A stretch of DNA of 48,954 nucleotides from an uncultured Candidatus Saccharibacteria bacterium (GCA_964428615.1 CAYRXZ010000004.1:1-48954); one strand, 5' to 3'; counted from the first letter of the stretch, positions 18,359 to 28,599 are shown. The notes: generated from the letters alone by a model not told the origin. A program made the numbers and translations.

Positions 18359-18367
18359 TGTGGATAA
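18359..18367. promoter_or_regulatory. Single consensus DnaA box
   Basis: TGTGGATAA (= TTATCCACA) in intergenic DNA upstream of the microprotein unit. Confidence 0.4.
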
Positions 18368-18397
18368 CTCAGTTTCAGTAAAAATTTTTATTTTTTA

Positions 18398-19324
18398 CTA
18401 AACATACTCTATTTCTTCTTCTAATTTTACTTTAAATTTTTTATAAACTTCGTTTTTTACCAAAAAAATAAGAGATTTTACGTCATTTGCCGTAGCGTCA
18501 AGCGCATTAACTATAAAATTAGGGTGTTTTGGCGAAACCATTGCCCCGCCGCAAGAAATACCTTTGAGTCCGGCTTCGGAAATTAAATAAGCAACTGGAA
18601 TTATCGGAAATGGGTCCGTTTTTATTGTTTTTTTTATATTTTCGTCAATTTTTCTCATTTGTTCTAACAACACATTTTTAAAAGTGCTGCCAATACTGGG
18701 ATACTCAAGGGGTTGCCTTTCTATTCTATATTTAATATTTTTTGCCGCTATATTGCACATCTCTTTTTTATCGCCTTTTGGAGCAAATAAAGTCGCCTCT
18801 AAAATTATTTCCCGACCGCTATTAGATTTAAAAATACTTGAACGATAAAAAAATTCACACTTACTATTTTCTCTTTTAATTAATTTAGGTGTTTTTTTTG
18901 AAATATCCAAGCTAATAACTTCTTTAACGACGTTTTTTGTTTCTCCACGAAAAGCACCTGCATTGCCGCGAATCGCTCCACCCAAAGTTCCAGGCAACCC
19001 AGCAGCCCATTCTAAACCGCTAATTCCTTTTTCCAAAAAATAATCAATTAATTCCGTCATCGAAGTCCCAGCGCCAACTTTTATTAAATCATTTTCCTTT
19101 TTTATAAAATTTATTTCCGGCTTTAAAACCAAGCCATTAAAAACTCCATCGCTAAACAAAACATTTGTTCCTCCGCCTAAAATAAAAACTCTATTGTTGT
19201 ATTCTCGCGCTTTCTCAATCGCTTTGCCAATTTCTTCAACATTTTTCGTTTTCAAAAAAAATCTTGCCGGACCACCAATTTTATAGTTGCTATAATTTTT
19301 TAACAAAACATTTTCTTCAAACAT
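18398..19324 (-). CDS. murB: UDP-N-acetylenolpyruvoylglucosamine reductase
   Basis: YKIGGPA, LGGGTNVL, GLPGTLGGAIRGNAGA, YRSSIFK, GSTFKN, KHPNFIVN, LEEEI. Confidence 0.95.
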   Translation of the reverse strand: MFEENVLLKNYSNYKIGGPARFFLKTKNVEEIGKAIEKAREYNNRVFILGGGTNVLFSDGVFNGLVLKPEINFIKKENDLIKVGAGTSMTELIDYFLEKGISGLEWAAGLPGTLGGAIRGNAGAFRGETKNVVKEVISLDISKKTPKLIKRENSKCEFFYRSSIFKSNSGREIILEATLFAPKGDKKEMCNIAAKNIKYRIERQPLEYPSIGSTFKNVLLEQMRKIDENIKKTIKTDPFPIIPVAYLISEAGLKGISCGGAMVSPKHPNFIVNALDATANDVKSLIFLVKNEVYKKFKVKLEEEIEYV

Positions 19325-19342
19325 ATTTATATTTATATTTAT

Positions 19343-20149
19343 TTAATTCAAAGCTAAATCTAAAAAAACATCTTCATAATCAATTTTACCCGACTTTACC
19401 AAAATATCACAATCGGCAATTTTTTTTACTAAATCTTTTGACATATATCTTGAGCTAGCCATAAAATTAAAAACTTTCACTAACTCTTCTTGCCCCAATA
19501 ATAATTTTTCTAAATTAACAATCTTTTGCTTTAACGATAAATTCCTAATAATAGAGTTTATAAAACTGAAAATGTTTGGTGCTTCAAAAGAATAATCTCC
19601 AATACTTTTAACGTCTGAAAGGTTAATTTCGGCATTCGTCTGTGCTTTCCATAAAATTAACTTGTCTAATTCATTCATAAAGCCCCATGTATTTCCCTTA
19701 AAGTTTTCCGCCAAAAAATCTAAAGCTAGGGATGAAATTAAAACTCCCCTATTTTTAATCTCTTTCTGACCAAAAAACTTTAATTTTTCTGCATTAAGTT
19801 CATCAAATTTTTCCATTAAAAAGGCTTTTTTAAAAATATTTTCAAATTCTCTAGGAACGGCTTTTTCAGAAATTAAAATTGTTAAATCTTTCAGATTAAA
19901 ACGGCGCTTAAGAAATTCTTTCATTTTTTTAGGCTCTGTTTCGGAAATATTTTTCAAAACTGCCATTTTTTTATTGCCAAAAATGGACATCTGGTCTGTA
20001 AAATCTTTTAATTTTTCAAATTCGCCTTCTTCTTCTAGGTCAAAACGCGCTAAAGAAATATCAGAGTGTTTTTGTTTATATTCATTAACTATTTTATCCA
20101 ATTTTCTTTGTCTCCGATAAGAATCAGAGCCATATAAAAATATAATCAT
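19343..20149 (-). CDS. holA: DNA polymerase III delta subunit (divergent)
   Basis: MIIFLYGSDSYRRQRKL, SIFGNKKM, NELDKL, D...KSG C-terminus. ATGA overlap with mutM. Confidence 0.75.
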   Translation of the reverse strand: MIIFLYGSDSYRRQRKLDKIVNEYKQKHSDISLARFDLEEEGEFEKLKDFTDQMSIFGNKKMAVLKNISETEPKKMKEFLKRRFNLKDLTILISEKAVPREFENIFKKAFLMEKFDELNAEKLKFFGQKEIKNRGVLISSLALDFLAENFKGNTWGFMNELDKLILWKAQTNAEINLSDVKSIGDYSFEAPNIFSFINSIIRNLSLKQKIVNLEKLLLGQEELVKVFNFMASSRYMSKDLVKKIADCDILVKSGKIDYEDVFLDLALN

Positions 20150-21060
20150 AATTTTTGGCACCTGGGACAATAATGAGCCGAGCGTCCACCTATTTTAACT
20201 CTTTTTATGACACCCCCGCAATGGCGTAAACATCTTTCATTTTCTTTTCTATAAACTAAAAGTTTTTTACCATACCCTCCGAGGATACCCGAAGTATCCC
20301 GAAAATCACTAATAGACGTTCCCTTTAAATTAATAGCCCTTTTTAATATTTTTTTAATTGCAAAATAAATATTTTTTATTTCTCCACTTTTTAATTCATT
20401 CGCCGGCTTAAATGGATTAATTTTCGCTTCAAAAAGAATCTCGTCGGCATAAATATTACCTACACCAACAATAATATTCTGATTCATTAAAACCTGTTTT
20501 ATTTTACCGCGAGCTTGTCTAATGATTTTTTCAAATTTACTTAAAGTAAAATTTTTATCTAACGGTTCCGGACCAAGTTTTGTTAAATCCGGCAATTTTT
20601 CAACTTTTTCTTTTTCTCCAAATAAAACTTTTGCAAACTTTCGCATATCCGAAAGTGCCACCTGCCAGCCATTATCAAAATAAAAGATCAAGTGGATATA
20701 ACCATTAACTTTTTCTTTTAATGAACCCTTTATCAAGCTTAATACTTTATATTTATTACCCGGTATTTTCTTGACTCCCCATTTGCCATAAAGCAGATGA
20801 CCTGTCATCTTTTGATGAATAAGAAGCAAATAATAACTTTTAACTTTTAGCTTATAACTTTTAGTTAAATATATAAGTATATTTTTTCCTCTACGGGCGA
20901 TTTTTTCAATTTTTAATCCTTTTATTTGTTTTTCAAAATCCGCCGGTTTGGGCACCTTAATAATTTTCGGCGCGTCAAACCAAACGCCGGTGATTTTTCT
21001 GCCAGTAATTTTTCTATTTAAGCCATTTACTACTGTTTGAACTTCTGGAAGCTCGGGCAT
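20146..21060 (-). CDS. mutM: Formamidopyrimidine-DNA glycosylase
   Basis: MPELPEV, RRGK, KMTG, GVGNIYADE, C-terminal zinc finger CPRCQ. Confidence 0.96.
   Translation of the reverse strand: MPELPEVQTVVNGLNRKITGRKITGVWFDAPKIIKVPKPADFEKQIKGLKIEKIARRGKNILIYLTKSYKLKVKSYYLLLIHQKMTGHLLYGKWGVKKIPGNKYKVLSLIKGSLKEKVNGYIHLIFYFDNGWQVALSDMRKFAKVLFGEKEKVEKLPDLTKLGPEPLDKNFTLSKFEKIIRQARGKIKQVLMNQNIIVGVGNIYADEILFEAKINPFKPANELKSGEIKNIYFAIKKILKRAINLKGTSISDFRDTSGILGGYGKKLLVYRKENERCLRHCGGVIKRVKIGGRSAHYCPRCQKL
20834..20868 (-). repeat. Heptamer tandem array (TAACTTT-like x5) in-frame in mutM (KSYKLKVKSY)
   Basis: taacttt taacttt tagctta taacttt tagttaa. Confidence 0.7.
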
Positions 21061-21095
21061 ATTTCAATTATAGCCCGAAAACGACTTTATTACAC

Positions 21096-22424
21096 TCACT
21101 CTTCCCCGTAAACGATTTCTTTTGAGGGAATAAGCTTGGGATCTGTAGGTAAGGTGAAGTGAAAAATTGAACCGCGGTTAATTTCCGACTCAGCCCAAAT
21201 TTTCCCGCCGTGGCGATTTATAATATTTTTAGCGATATAAAGCCCAAGCCCAGAACCTTCAGTAGCAAATTTAATGGCATTTTCCGAACGGAAAAACTTA
21301 GTGAATAGTTTTTTAATATCTTCTTCTAAGATTCCCACGCCGGTATCCTTAACTTTTATTTCTAAATAAGGCTCATTTTTTAATCGTTCAACTTTAACAA
21401 TCACTTCTCCATTAACAACATTATACTTAATAGCATTATCTATAAGATTAGAAAGAACCATTGATATTTTTTGGCGGTCAATTGATAAAGGAATAGATTT
21501 GTCCTCAGGCCTTTCAAGATAAATTTTTACATTAAACTGTTTTGATAAAGGATCCATATCGCGAATAATATCTTCAACAAAACTTATAAATTCAACATTT
21601 TCAAATTGATAACCAAATTCCCCTTCTTCTATTTTTGACACATCAAGCATATCATTTATTGTTTTCATCAATTTCGTTACCGCACCTAAAGCAGTTTCAA
21701 TTATCGGTTTTTGCTCTTCGGACATTTTTTGCTTTGAGAGTTCTTCTATCGCCCAATGGGTCGCCGTTGCCGGAGTTCTTAATTGATGAGAAGCGGTAGA
21801 GATAAATTCCGTTTTTGATTTTAAAAGTTTTATCTCGCGAGTTCTGTCGCGAATAATTTTAACAAATCCCAAAAGCTGACCGTTTAAATCGGCGATTTTA
21901 TCTGTTGCTACCCGCAAACTCATATCAGACTCATTAAACGAAATGTCCACTACCTGAGGATATTCTCCCGGAGCTGAACGCCTGACTACCAAGGGCGCCA
22001 ACGAAGGAAAAATCGCTTGACTTAAAAGCTTAAACTTCTGTTCGCGAGCCGTTTCAGGAGCAAAGTATTTATCTAGCACTTCATCCGATTTAAGCCCAAA
22101 AATTTCTTCCGCTGCTTTATTAAAAATAAGAATTTTAAAATTTGGATCGTAAGCAATAATGCCATCTTTTAAATTAGCAATTATACTTTTTAATTCATTC
22201 CTTTCAATTTTTATCTCTAAATTGGAACGCGCTAATCTTAAATTATTAATCAAAATTATCACTGCTAAAACCAGTAAAATCGCCAAAACGATAAAAACTA
22301 AAACTTGTGGAAGATAAATTAAATCAATTATTAAAAGAGCGACCAAAAAAGGCAAAAAAAACCAAAATAACCGCATTTCCGGCAATTTGGCGTATAAAAC
22401 TATTTTTTGGAAGAAACGCTTCAT
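21096..22424 (-). CDS. Membrane PAS sensor histidine kinase
   Basis: Two TM helices, PAS (DGIIAYD...FNKAAEEIFG), H-box SHQLRTP, NLIDNAIKY, DTGVGI, GSGLGL. Confidence 0.93.
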   Translation of the reverse strand: MKRFFQKIVLYAKLPEMRLFWFFLPFLVALLIIDLIYLPQVLVFIVLAILLVLAVIILINNLRLARSNLEIKIERNELKSIIANLKDGIIAYDPNFKILIFNKAAEEIFGLKSDEVLDKYFAPETAREQKFKLLSQAIFPSLAPLVVRRSAPGEYPQVVDISFNESDMSLRVATDKIADLNGQLLGFVKIIRDRTREIKLLKSKTEFISTASHQLRTPATATHWAIEELSKQKMSEEQKPIIETALGAVTKLMKTINDMLDVSKIEEGEFGYQFENVEFISFVEDIIRDMDPLSKQFNVKIYLERPEDKSIPLSIDRQKISMVLSNLIDNAIKYNVVNGEVIVKVERLKNEPYLEIKVKDTGVGILEEDIKKLFTKFFRSENAIKFATEGSGLGLYIAKNIINRHGGKIWAESEINRGSIFHFTLPTDPKLIPSKEIVYGEE

Positions 22425-23623
22425 TACAATCCCAATATGTACAATCTATTGTCGTATTTATTTATGAAAAATAATTTGCCGTCAGCTAATTTTAAACCGA
22501 AGGCATCTATTGCCAAAGAACTTCCATTTAAAATCTCTTCAAAAGAGTTTTGCGTTATGTCTATCTGATATATTGAATCAACAAAATAAAGTGCATTTTT
22601 CAAATAGTCATCGGGTAATGACGCTTTATCGGGGATACTTTTGGGAATGGCGCAATAGATTTTTGGGTCAGAAACAAAGCATTTTTCCGGCAAAGTCATA
22701 AACTCAATATTAGCCTTAATTTCCCCCTGATCATTTATTAAATTTAAAACCCTATTTCTGCCATCCGCAAAACTTGAAAATTGTAAACCGATTTTGCCAT
22801 CAGGAGACCAATTAATAATTAACCCGTTTAAATCTTTTTCGCCCGCAGTGAGCCTACTTAATGTTTTTTTAATAACATCAACAGCCCAAATTGAAGCCTG
22901 ATAAAAAGCCGATGGTTTAGAAATAAGCGTTATTTTATTTTGAGAAATCCAATCTAAATCAAAATCGTTTTGATAAAACGAAATCAAGGTTGTTGGCTTC
23001 TGCTTCAAATCAACCAAACTTTTTGTTATTAAATCACTTTTATTTAAATCTTTAGTATTTGCTAAAAAATAAGCGATTTTTTTGCCGTCTGGAGAAAAAT
23101 CTACAGCAGTTATTTTATCAACTAAGGATTCAAAAATATTATTTTCAGAATTATAAATAACGAATTTTGACGTACCTGTATTATTGGTTTTTATAATAAC
23201 TCTTTTGCCGTCAAACGATGATTTAAGAGATTGAAAATTTTCTACTGGAACTGAAGTTAAAACTTCGTCGGCGCCGTCAACCTTCACTTTATAAATTATC
23301 CCATCGCGACCCATATAAAATACTCCGCTTTCCTGAATTTTTTGTGTAGAAGAAGCGCTTGTAGTTAAAGAAAGGTTTGAGTCAAAAATCCAATAATCAT
23401 AAATTGTATTATCGCTTATAATACTCAACTTTGAAGCAGCGGCGCTACCTAAAGGCAAACCTGCAAGATTATCTCCGGAAATTGTCTGGCCGCTAATAGA
23501 ACCCTGAGAAGAAGATTGCGGGGTCAAAATAACCCTTGTTTTCTGCCAAGCGAAATAAATGCCAATCCCCAAAGCAATAACACATAATACTACTATTATT
23601 ATTGTGATTAATTTTTTATTCAT
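22424..23623 (-). CDS. Membrane-anchored TolB/WD40-like beta-propeller protein
   Basis: N-terminal TM; repeats SFDGKRV, FSPDGKKIAY, WSPDGK. Confidence 0.65.
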   Translation of the reverse strand: MNKKLITIIIVVLCVIALGIGIYFAWQKTRVILTPQSSSQGSISGQTISGDNLAGLPLGSAAASKLSIISDNTIYDYWIFDSNLSLTTSASSTQKIQESGVFYMGRDGIIYKVKVDGADEVLTSVPVENFQSLKSSFDGKRVIIKTNNTGTSKFVIYNSENNIFESLVDKITAVDFSPDGKKIAYFLANTKDLNKSDLITKSLVDLKQKPTTLISFYQNDFDLDWISQNKITLISKPSAFYQASIWAVDVIKKTLSRLTAGEKDLNGLIINWSPDGKIGLQFSSFADGRNRVLNLINDQGEIKANIEFMTLPEKCFVSDPKIYCAIPKSIPDKASLPDDYLKNALYFVDSIYQIDITQNSFEEILNGSSLAIDAFGLKLADGKLFFINKYDNRLYILGL

Positions 23624-23627
23624 AAAA

Positions 23628-24557
23628 CTATGTCTTTTTTACTAAAACATCCCAATGATCGCTTTCTAAGGCATAAACCGCACCCGAGGGCGCAACATAT
23701 TGTGTTGCCCCATCAGTCGTTCTATCAGATATTTTTTTGAAATTTTGCGTAATATAATTATTAAGATTTGTATTTAATCTCAAATCAATCTTATAACCAT
23801 TACAATGACTATAAGTTCCTACGGAATGAACTGTGCCACAACCCTCAGTGCCGGCAGTCACAAAAACATTATTAGATCCTATCCCAGCCGCCAAAATCCC
23901 GACTTCATTTAAAGTCGGTTGTAAAATTCCATTAAGATTAACGCACCCGCTTGACTGCCCGCTCGAACAAGTATTTTTAACGCCTATACCTACCGATGAT
24001 AATTGATTCCTCGCTTGATCTTCATTCAAAACTTCACTTTCAAAAGAACGTGTGGCGCCCCCGCCACCAAACGAACCACCTTCATAAATCTCATTATAAG
24101 GAGCAGATGCTATCCCCGAAGAATTTGCATACTTAGAAACATCAACACTAGCACTTGTTAAGTTTATTAAACTTGCCGGGTTTTTTAGATTTACCAAATC
24201 AGGGTTTATCGTGTTAAGAATAAGATAAGCGCTCAATAATAAAACTATGCCCCAAATTGCCGCCCAAATCCACTCTATTGCGTCTTGCTTTGTAGAAACC
24301 GCTCCGGAAACAGTCCATAAAATTGCCCCATAAACCAAAACACCCAGAGCTGCGCCGCCAACTATACCCAGAGCAATTTTGTAAAATCTAGCAACAAAAT
24401 CTGCCGGATTAGTTGTCCCGGCCCAAGGATACCCATATTTCACATCTATTTGTGAAGGCGTAAGTATTTTTTGTTCCTGAGCGTAAGATAAAACCGGCGT
24501 TAAAAAAACAATAAACGCTATAGATATTAAGATAAAAATATTAAAAGTTTTCCTCAT
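23628..24557 (-). CDS. VirB2/TrbC-like pilin domain fused to a putative M15-like zinc peptidase
   Basis: Signal peptide, two TM helices ending SAYLILNTINPDLV; C-terminal SHCNGYKID (H-x6-D) and ESDHWDV. Confidence 0.65.
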   Translation of the reverse strand: MRKTFNIFILISIAFIVFLTPVLSYAQEQKILTPSQIDVKYGYPWAGTTNPADFVARFYKIALGIVGGAALGVLVYGAILWTVSGAVSTKQDAIEWIWAAIWGIVLLLSAYLILNTINPDLVNLKNPASLINLTSASVDVSKYANSSGIASAPYNEIYEGGSFGGGGATRSFESEVLNEDQARNQLSSVGIGVKNTCSSGQSSGCVNLNGILQPTLNEVGILAAGIGSNNVFVTAGTEGCGTVHSVGTYSHCNGYKIDLRLNTNLNNYITQNFKKISDRTTDGATQYVAPSGAVYALESDHWDVLVKKT

Positions 24558-25264
24558 TTTACCGTTAAATTAATTGTCTTGCTCGCCGATTCAAGTGTTT
24601 TTGTTATATTGTTAATAACAACCGATAAATTTATAATTGAATCCACCGGCGTTTGAGGGTCAACATTTAAGCTAAGCCTAAAAGGGTCATCTTTTTGCGA
24701 TTTGGGCTGCTTATCTAAAACCGACCACTGGACAGAAAAATTTTCTTTATTATCTGTAGTGAAAAAAAACGGAAACAATTCAAAAATTGACTCGCCGGTT
24801 TTAATTTTATTATCCGCGTACGGCGCGCTTACTACCGCTTCTGGCCGAACTATCGGAATATTTATCATCTTGTCTATAAATCCAATATTTGCATAATCAA
24901 CAACCGCTATCCTGACTTCTGTTTCTTGCCCAAAATAATTCGGAGTTATAAAATTTATTTTTTTAATTCCCAACCCGTTATTTTCATTTTTAACTAATTT
25001 ATCGTTTATATACCACCGAACTTTTACATCAGATAAATCCGCCGGCTTACCATTATCTATTAATTCAAAACTAACTTCTATGTTGGTTCCAGCGGTAGGC
25101 AAAATCTTACCAGCATACCAATCTGGAACATAATTCTGCGCTTCCCAAGAAATTAAAAACTGAGGAATAACTTGGGCGTAAGAAAAATTAAAAAATAATA
25201 GATAAAAAATAATAAACGCCGATACCGAAAAAATAATTTTCAATTTTAATTCTAATTTCTTCAT
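24554..25264 (-). CDS. Exported beta-rich (Ig-like) hypothetical protein
   Basis: Signal peptide ending SYA; beta-strand pattern (VRWYIND, VQWSV). Confidence 0.55.
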   Translation of the reverse strand: MKKLELKLKIIFSVSAFIIFYLLFFNFSYAQVIPQFLISWEAQNYVPDWYAGKILPTAGTNIEVSFELIDNGKPADLSDVKVRWYINDKLVKNENNGLGIKKINFITPNYFGQETEVRIAVVDYANIGFIDKMINIPIVRPEAVVSAPYADNKIKTGESIFELFPFFFTTDNKENFSVQWSVLDKQPKSQKDDPFRLSLNVDPQTPVDSIINLSVVINNITKTLESASKTINLTVK

Positions 25265-25275
25265 ACAATTTTTAT

Positions 25276-25671
25276 TTATTCCACGGCAGCGATTGACGCA
25301 ATCTTACCGGACAAATTTCCGGTTGTGGCGGAAACCACTTCGGCTATCTTTGGATGATTAATCATATATATTGCAATAACCACACTCACTGTTTTAAATG
25401 GCAAAAAACTCACAAATGGAATTATATCTGCCAAGTTCCCAACGATAACTGAAATTTGTTGCCTAAATCCCACTCCTCCTTTCATTATAAGCCAAAATTC
25501 TGTAACCGCAAAAAACAGAAGACTGAAAATCGGCGCTATAAAAAGCATTATTAATCCAATAACTGGAATTAACGCCATAAGATTGAAAAGAACGTCAACA
25601 ATATCGGCAAAAAGACTAAGCAAAATAACCAATAAAGTTTCCACTAGTGAAATTTTCTTTTGATTATCCAT
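25276..25671 (-). CDS. Small integral membrane hypothetical protein
   Basis: 3-4 hydrophobic segments, IPVIG and IIPFVSFLP motifs; overlaps the ATPase stop. Confidence 0.6.
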   Translation of the reverse strand: MDNQKKISLVETLLVILLSLFADIVDVLFNLMALIPVIGLIMLFIAPIFSLLFFAVTEFWLIMKGGVGFRQQISVIVGNLADIIPFVSFLPFKTVSVVIAIYMINHPKIAEVVSATTGNLSGKIASIAAVE

Positions 25672-27430
25672 TTTTTTCTTTTCTTTCTTCTTCTTCGTCG
25701 CTTTTTAACAATTCTTCAGGATTCGTAGTAATTATGCTATTTTCAAAATAGGAAGCGATTATTTGAATTGCCACATGTTTCAAACCAGCAAAAAATAATC
25801 CTTCTCCTACGCTAGCCTGAAGTAATAATTCTTTTTCAGTTGTAGAAAGATTAAATGTTTTAGCTATTGTATCTATGCCAACCGGCGCCTGTTTAAGTAA
25901 AAGCTGAATCGCCGAGTTGGAAATAATCGGCCGGCCCTGCGGTGATTCTAAAAAATCTTCAACATTCTGAGTTATAGTAGTTAAACCCAAATAATATTTT
26001 CTGCAGCGTTTCGCTAAGAATGAAAGAAAATTTGCACTATCAGGATATTTCATCAACCACCACGCTTCATCTATAAGCATTATTCTTTTTTTCATATCGG
26101 CGCGGATAAGATTCCAAATAAAATTCAAAATTATATACATCGCAATAGGCCGAAGCTGTTCTTCTAAATCACGAACAGAGAAAACAATTAAACGATTTTT
26201 TATATCTACATTTGTCGCTCTATTAGTAAATCCTGCATAACTTCCTTTTGTGAAACGCTCCATGCGTTTTCCTAAAGTTCTTCCTCCCTCAGTACTTTCA
26301 AGTATTGTTTGAAAATCTTCCAAAAGCGGCGCTTCAAGCTCTGTGAAGTCAGGGTTATCGGGAGTAATATTACGCGATTCATATGTAGCAATTATAGCGC
26401 TGTCTAAAAGAGCTTCTTCTTCAGCGGTAATCTGTCCCAACATTAATTTTATTAACCCGGCAAGATTAAGAATATGAGATTTAAAAATATCTGCCGGATC
26501 TTCGCCTTTTGGAACTATTGGAATATCGAAAGGATTTATCTGATTCTCTGAAGTAAGAGATATCTTAAAGAAACTCCCGCCAACCGATTCTGCTAATTTT
26601 TGATATTCATTTTCTGGGTCAATTATCAAAACATCTATGCCCATCATTAAATAACGCAAAACTTCAAGTTTGCAAGCGTATGATTTTCCGGAGCCAGACT
26701 TAGCAAAAACCACCGAATTGGCATTTTCCAAAGAAAATCTATCAAAGATAACTAAAGTATTATTGTGGCGATTCAAGCCATAAAGAATTCCTTCATCTGA
26801 GGTAAGATCCACCGAGACAAATGGGAATATTGAAGAGGCGGGGTCTGAATTCATCGGCGAATTAATTAAAAGTTTATCGGTATTTAAAGGCAAAGTTGAA
26901 CTAAAACCTTCAGCCTGTTGAAACATTGCCGGTTTAACATAAACAAGCTTAGATTCAAATAAAGAATTTATTTTTTCTTCAAGTTTATTCAAATTATCTA
27001 AGGTATCAGCATAAAAAGTAACGTAAACGCCCAAATTAAATAATTTTTCTTGCGCTTGCTGAAGTTGATCTCTCAAAGCTTCAATATCTTGAAAAGCTGT
27101 TTCTAAAATCGGATCGCGCACCAATCCTTTTCCTTGACGTTCAATTAACTGCGCTTCTATCTGTGCCGTCTTTTTACGCAGATTTCTTAAAGCTATTGAT
27201 GTATCAACCGGATGAATAAAAATTGAAATATCTAAAAGCTCCGATAAATTAATAATTGAATTAAACCAGCCGCTTGAAAGATAACGCGGGTAATTAAATA
27301 TAAAAACAGTTTTAACAAATTTATCCCCTAATTTCAGATGTCCCGGTTCCACTTCCATGCCAGCCGGCGCAATAAGATTTTCCACTTCATTTTCGTCGCC
27401 CTTATTCCGTTGTAGATTTTTTGGAATCAT
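25664..27430 (-). CDS. VirB4/TraC-like ATPase
   Basis: FPF...GILYGLN...FDRFSLENAN, Walker A AKSGSGKS, IIDPENEY, Walker B IDEAW, RKYYLGLTTITQ. Confidence 0.88.
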   Translation of the reverse strand: MIPKNLQRNKGDENEVENLIAPAGMEVEPGHLKLGDKFVKTVFIFNYPRYLSSGWFNSIINLSELLDISIFIHPVDTSIALRNLRKKTAQIEAQLIERQGKGLVRDPILETAFQDIEALRDQLQQAQEKLFNLGVYVTFYADTLDNLNKLEEKINSLFESKLVYVKPAMFQQAEGFSSTLPLNTDKLLINSPMNSDPASSIFPFVSVDLTSDEGILYGLNRHNNTLVIFDRFSLENANSVVFAKSGSGKSYACKLEVLRYLMMGIDVLIIDPENEYQKLAESVGGSFFKISLTSENQINPFDIPIVPKGEDPADIFKSHILNLAGLIKLMLGQITAEEEALLDSAIIATYESRNITPDNPDFTELEAPLLEDFQTILESTEGGRTLGKRMERFTKGSYAGFTNRATNVDIKNRLIVFSVRDLEEQLRPIAMYIILNFIWNLIRADMKKRIMLIDEAWWLMKYPDSANFLSFLAKRCRKYYLGLTTITQNVEDFLESPQGRPIISNSAIQLLLKQAPVGIDTIAKTFNLSTTEKELLLQASVGEGLFFAGLKHVAIQIIASYFENSIITTNPEELLKSDEEEERKEKNG

Positions 27431-28050
27431 TTTCTTTCAATTGTTGATGGGTTATATAAATTATAAAATAGTTCCATAAGCTCTCCTTCTTTTAGCGCCA
27501 CCACCCTTAATCCTATTTGTCCTAAACCGCTAACTACCTGGTCAGTTCTCTGATTTAACTGGGTTAATTTCTGTTCAAAACTTTCTTCTATAAAAGATTT
27601 TTCACTCTTTTTCCCAAAGTTAAAAACGTCCAATAATTTTTTACTCCCGCCAGGAATCGATATTGGGTCATAAGGAACAACAACAAAAAAATTTTTAGCC
27701 ATAACAGCATTTGACTCAATAAAAGAATGTATAAACTCCGAATATTCGGATATTTGATTTTTAAGCAATTCGTTCTGCTCTGATGAATAACGCTCATCTA
27801 ATTTATTAAGATAATTTTCTATATTCATTTTGCGCGAACGAATAATTATCTGGACTGAAAAATCTAAAGTATTTAAAAAGTTTTGATATGCAAAAATTAT
27901 AATACTTTGTTCTTCTTCAGATTTAAGCTCAAAGTTTATTCCCGAAACCATAAGTACGCGCCTCAATGAGCCGTTTTTTAAAATTATCGCGTCGTCGCGA
28001 ATGTCTTTAATATCAACAATTTGTTGTGTTGGTTGAGCTTCTTTCGCCAT
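27427..28050 (-). CDS. VirB4 N-terminal-like (TraC-type) accessory protein
   Basis: INFELKSEEEQ...YQNFLNTL...QIIIRSR...FYNLYNP; translationally coupled to the VirB4-like ATPase. Confidence 0.65.
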   Translation of the reverse strand: MAKEAQPTQQIVDIKDIRDDAIILKNGSLRRVLMVSGINFELKSEEEQSIIIFAYQNFLNTLDFSVQIIIRSRKMNIENYLNKLDERYSSEQNELLKNQISEYSEFIHSFIESNAVMAKNFFVVVPYDPISIPGGSKKLLDVFNFGKKSEKSFIEESFEQKLTQLNQRTDQVVSGLGQIGLRVVALKEGELMELFYNLYNPSTIERK

Positions 28051-28092
28051 ATAGTTTAATTATATAATTTTTAGCTTTTAATTACTAATTAT

Positions 28093-28599
28093 TTATCTAT
28101 AATCAATGCGTCTTGCCGCTTCTTTTTCTCCTGTTAATTTTCTAAAAACCTGAAATTTTTCTTTGCTGTTTTTCCCCGAATAATTAAACGCTATTTCTTT
28201 TTCTCTTTTTGGAATAGGATTTTTTGTAGTCATTAAGTCCTGCCATAACTTTTTGACCGAAGGCGCTCCGGCAAAAAAATCTTTCAATGTTTCTCTTTTA
28301 GCTTCAAACTGTTGGCTCTTCACGGTTTTTTGCCAAAGATAAAACTTTGGCCTCCAAAAAAATCCAAAAGCATGAACAGCTATTTTAGGCAGTGGCTGAC
28401 CGTTGTATTTAACAAATGCCAAAGCAAGTGAAATTGAAACTAAAATCGCTGTTATCATAATCCAAAGCCAAAACGCTAAGGCAAAATGAAGAGCAAAACT
28501 TATCGCAGCCGCAACCCCTAAATAAAGAAGTTGTTTTAATGTTAATGGCCCGACTATTTTATTTTCAATTTCAATAAATTGGGGAATTTGAAAGTGCAT
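28093..28599 (-). CDS. PrgI family (VirB3-like) membrane protein
   Basis: FQIPQFIEIENKIVGPLTLKQ, two TM helices, then YNGQP. Confidence 0.82.
   Translation of the reverse strand: MHFQIPQFIEIENKIVGPLTLKQLLYLGVAAAISFALHFALAFWLWIMITAILVSISLALAFVKYNGQPLPKIAVHAFGFFWRPKFYLWQKTVKSQQFEAKRETLKDFFAGAPSVKKLWQDLMTTKNPIPKREKEIAFNYSGKNSKEKFQVFRKLTGEKEAARRIDYR

Noticed and set aside
18359-18367. Possible replication origin
   Set aside because: Only one DnaA box seen, with no box cluster and no dnaA/dnaN nearby.
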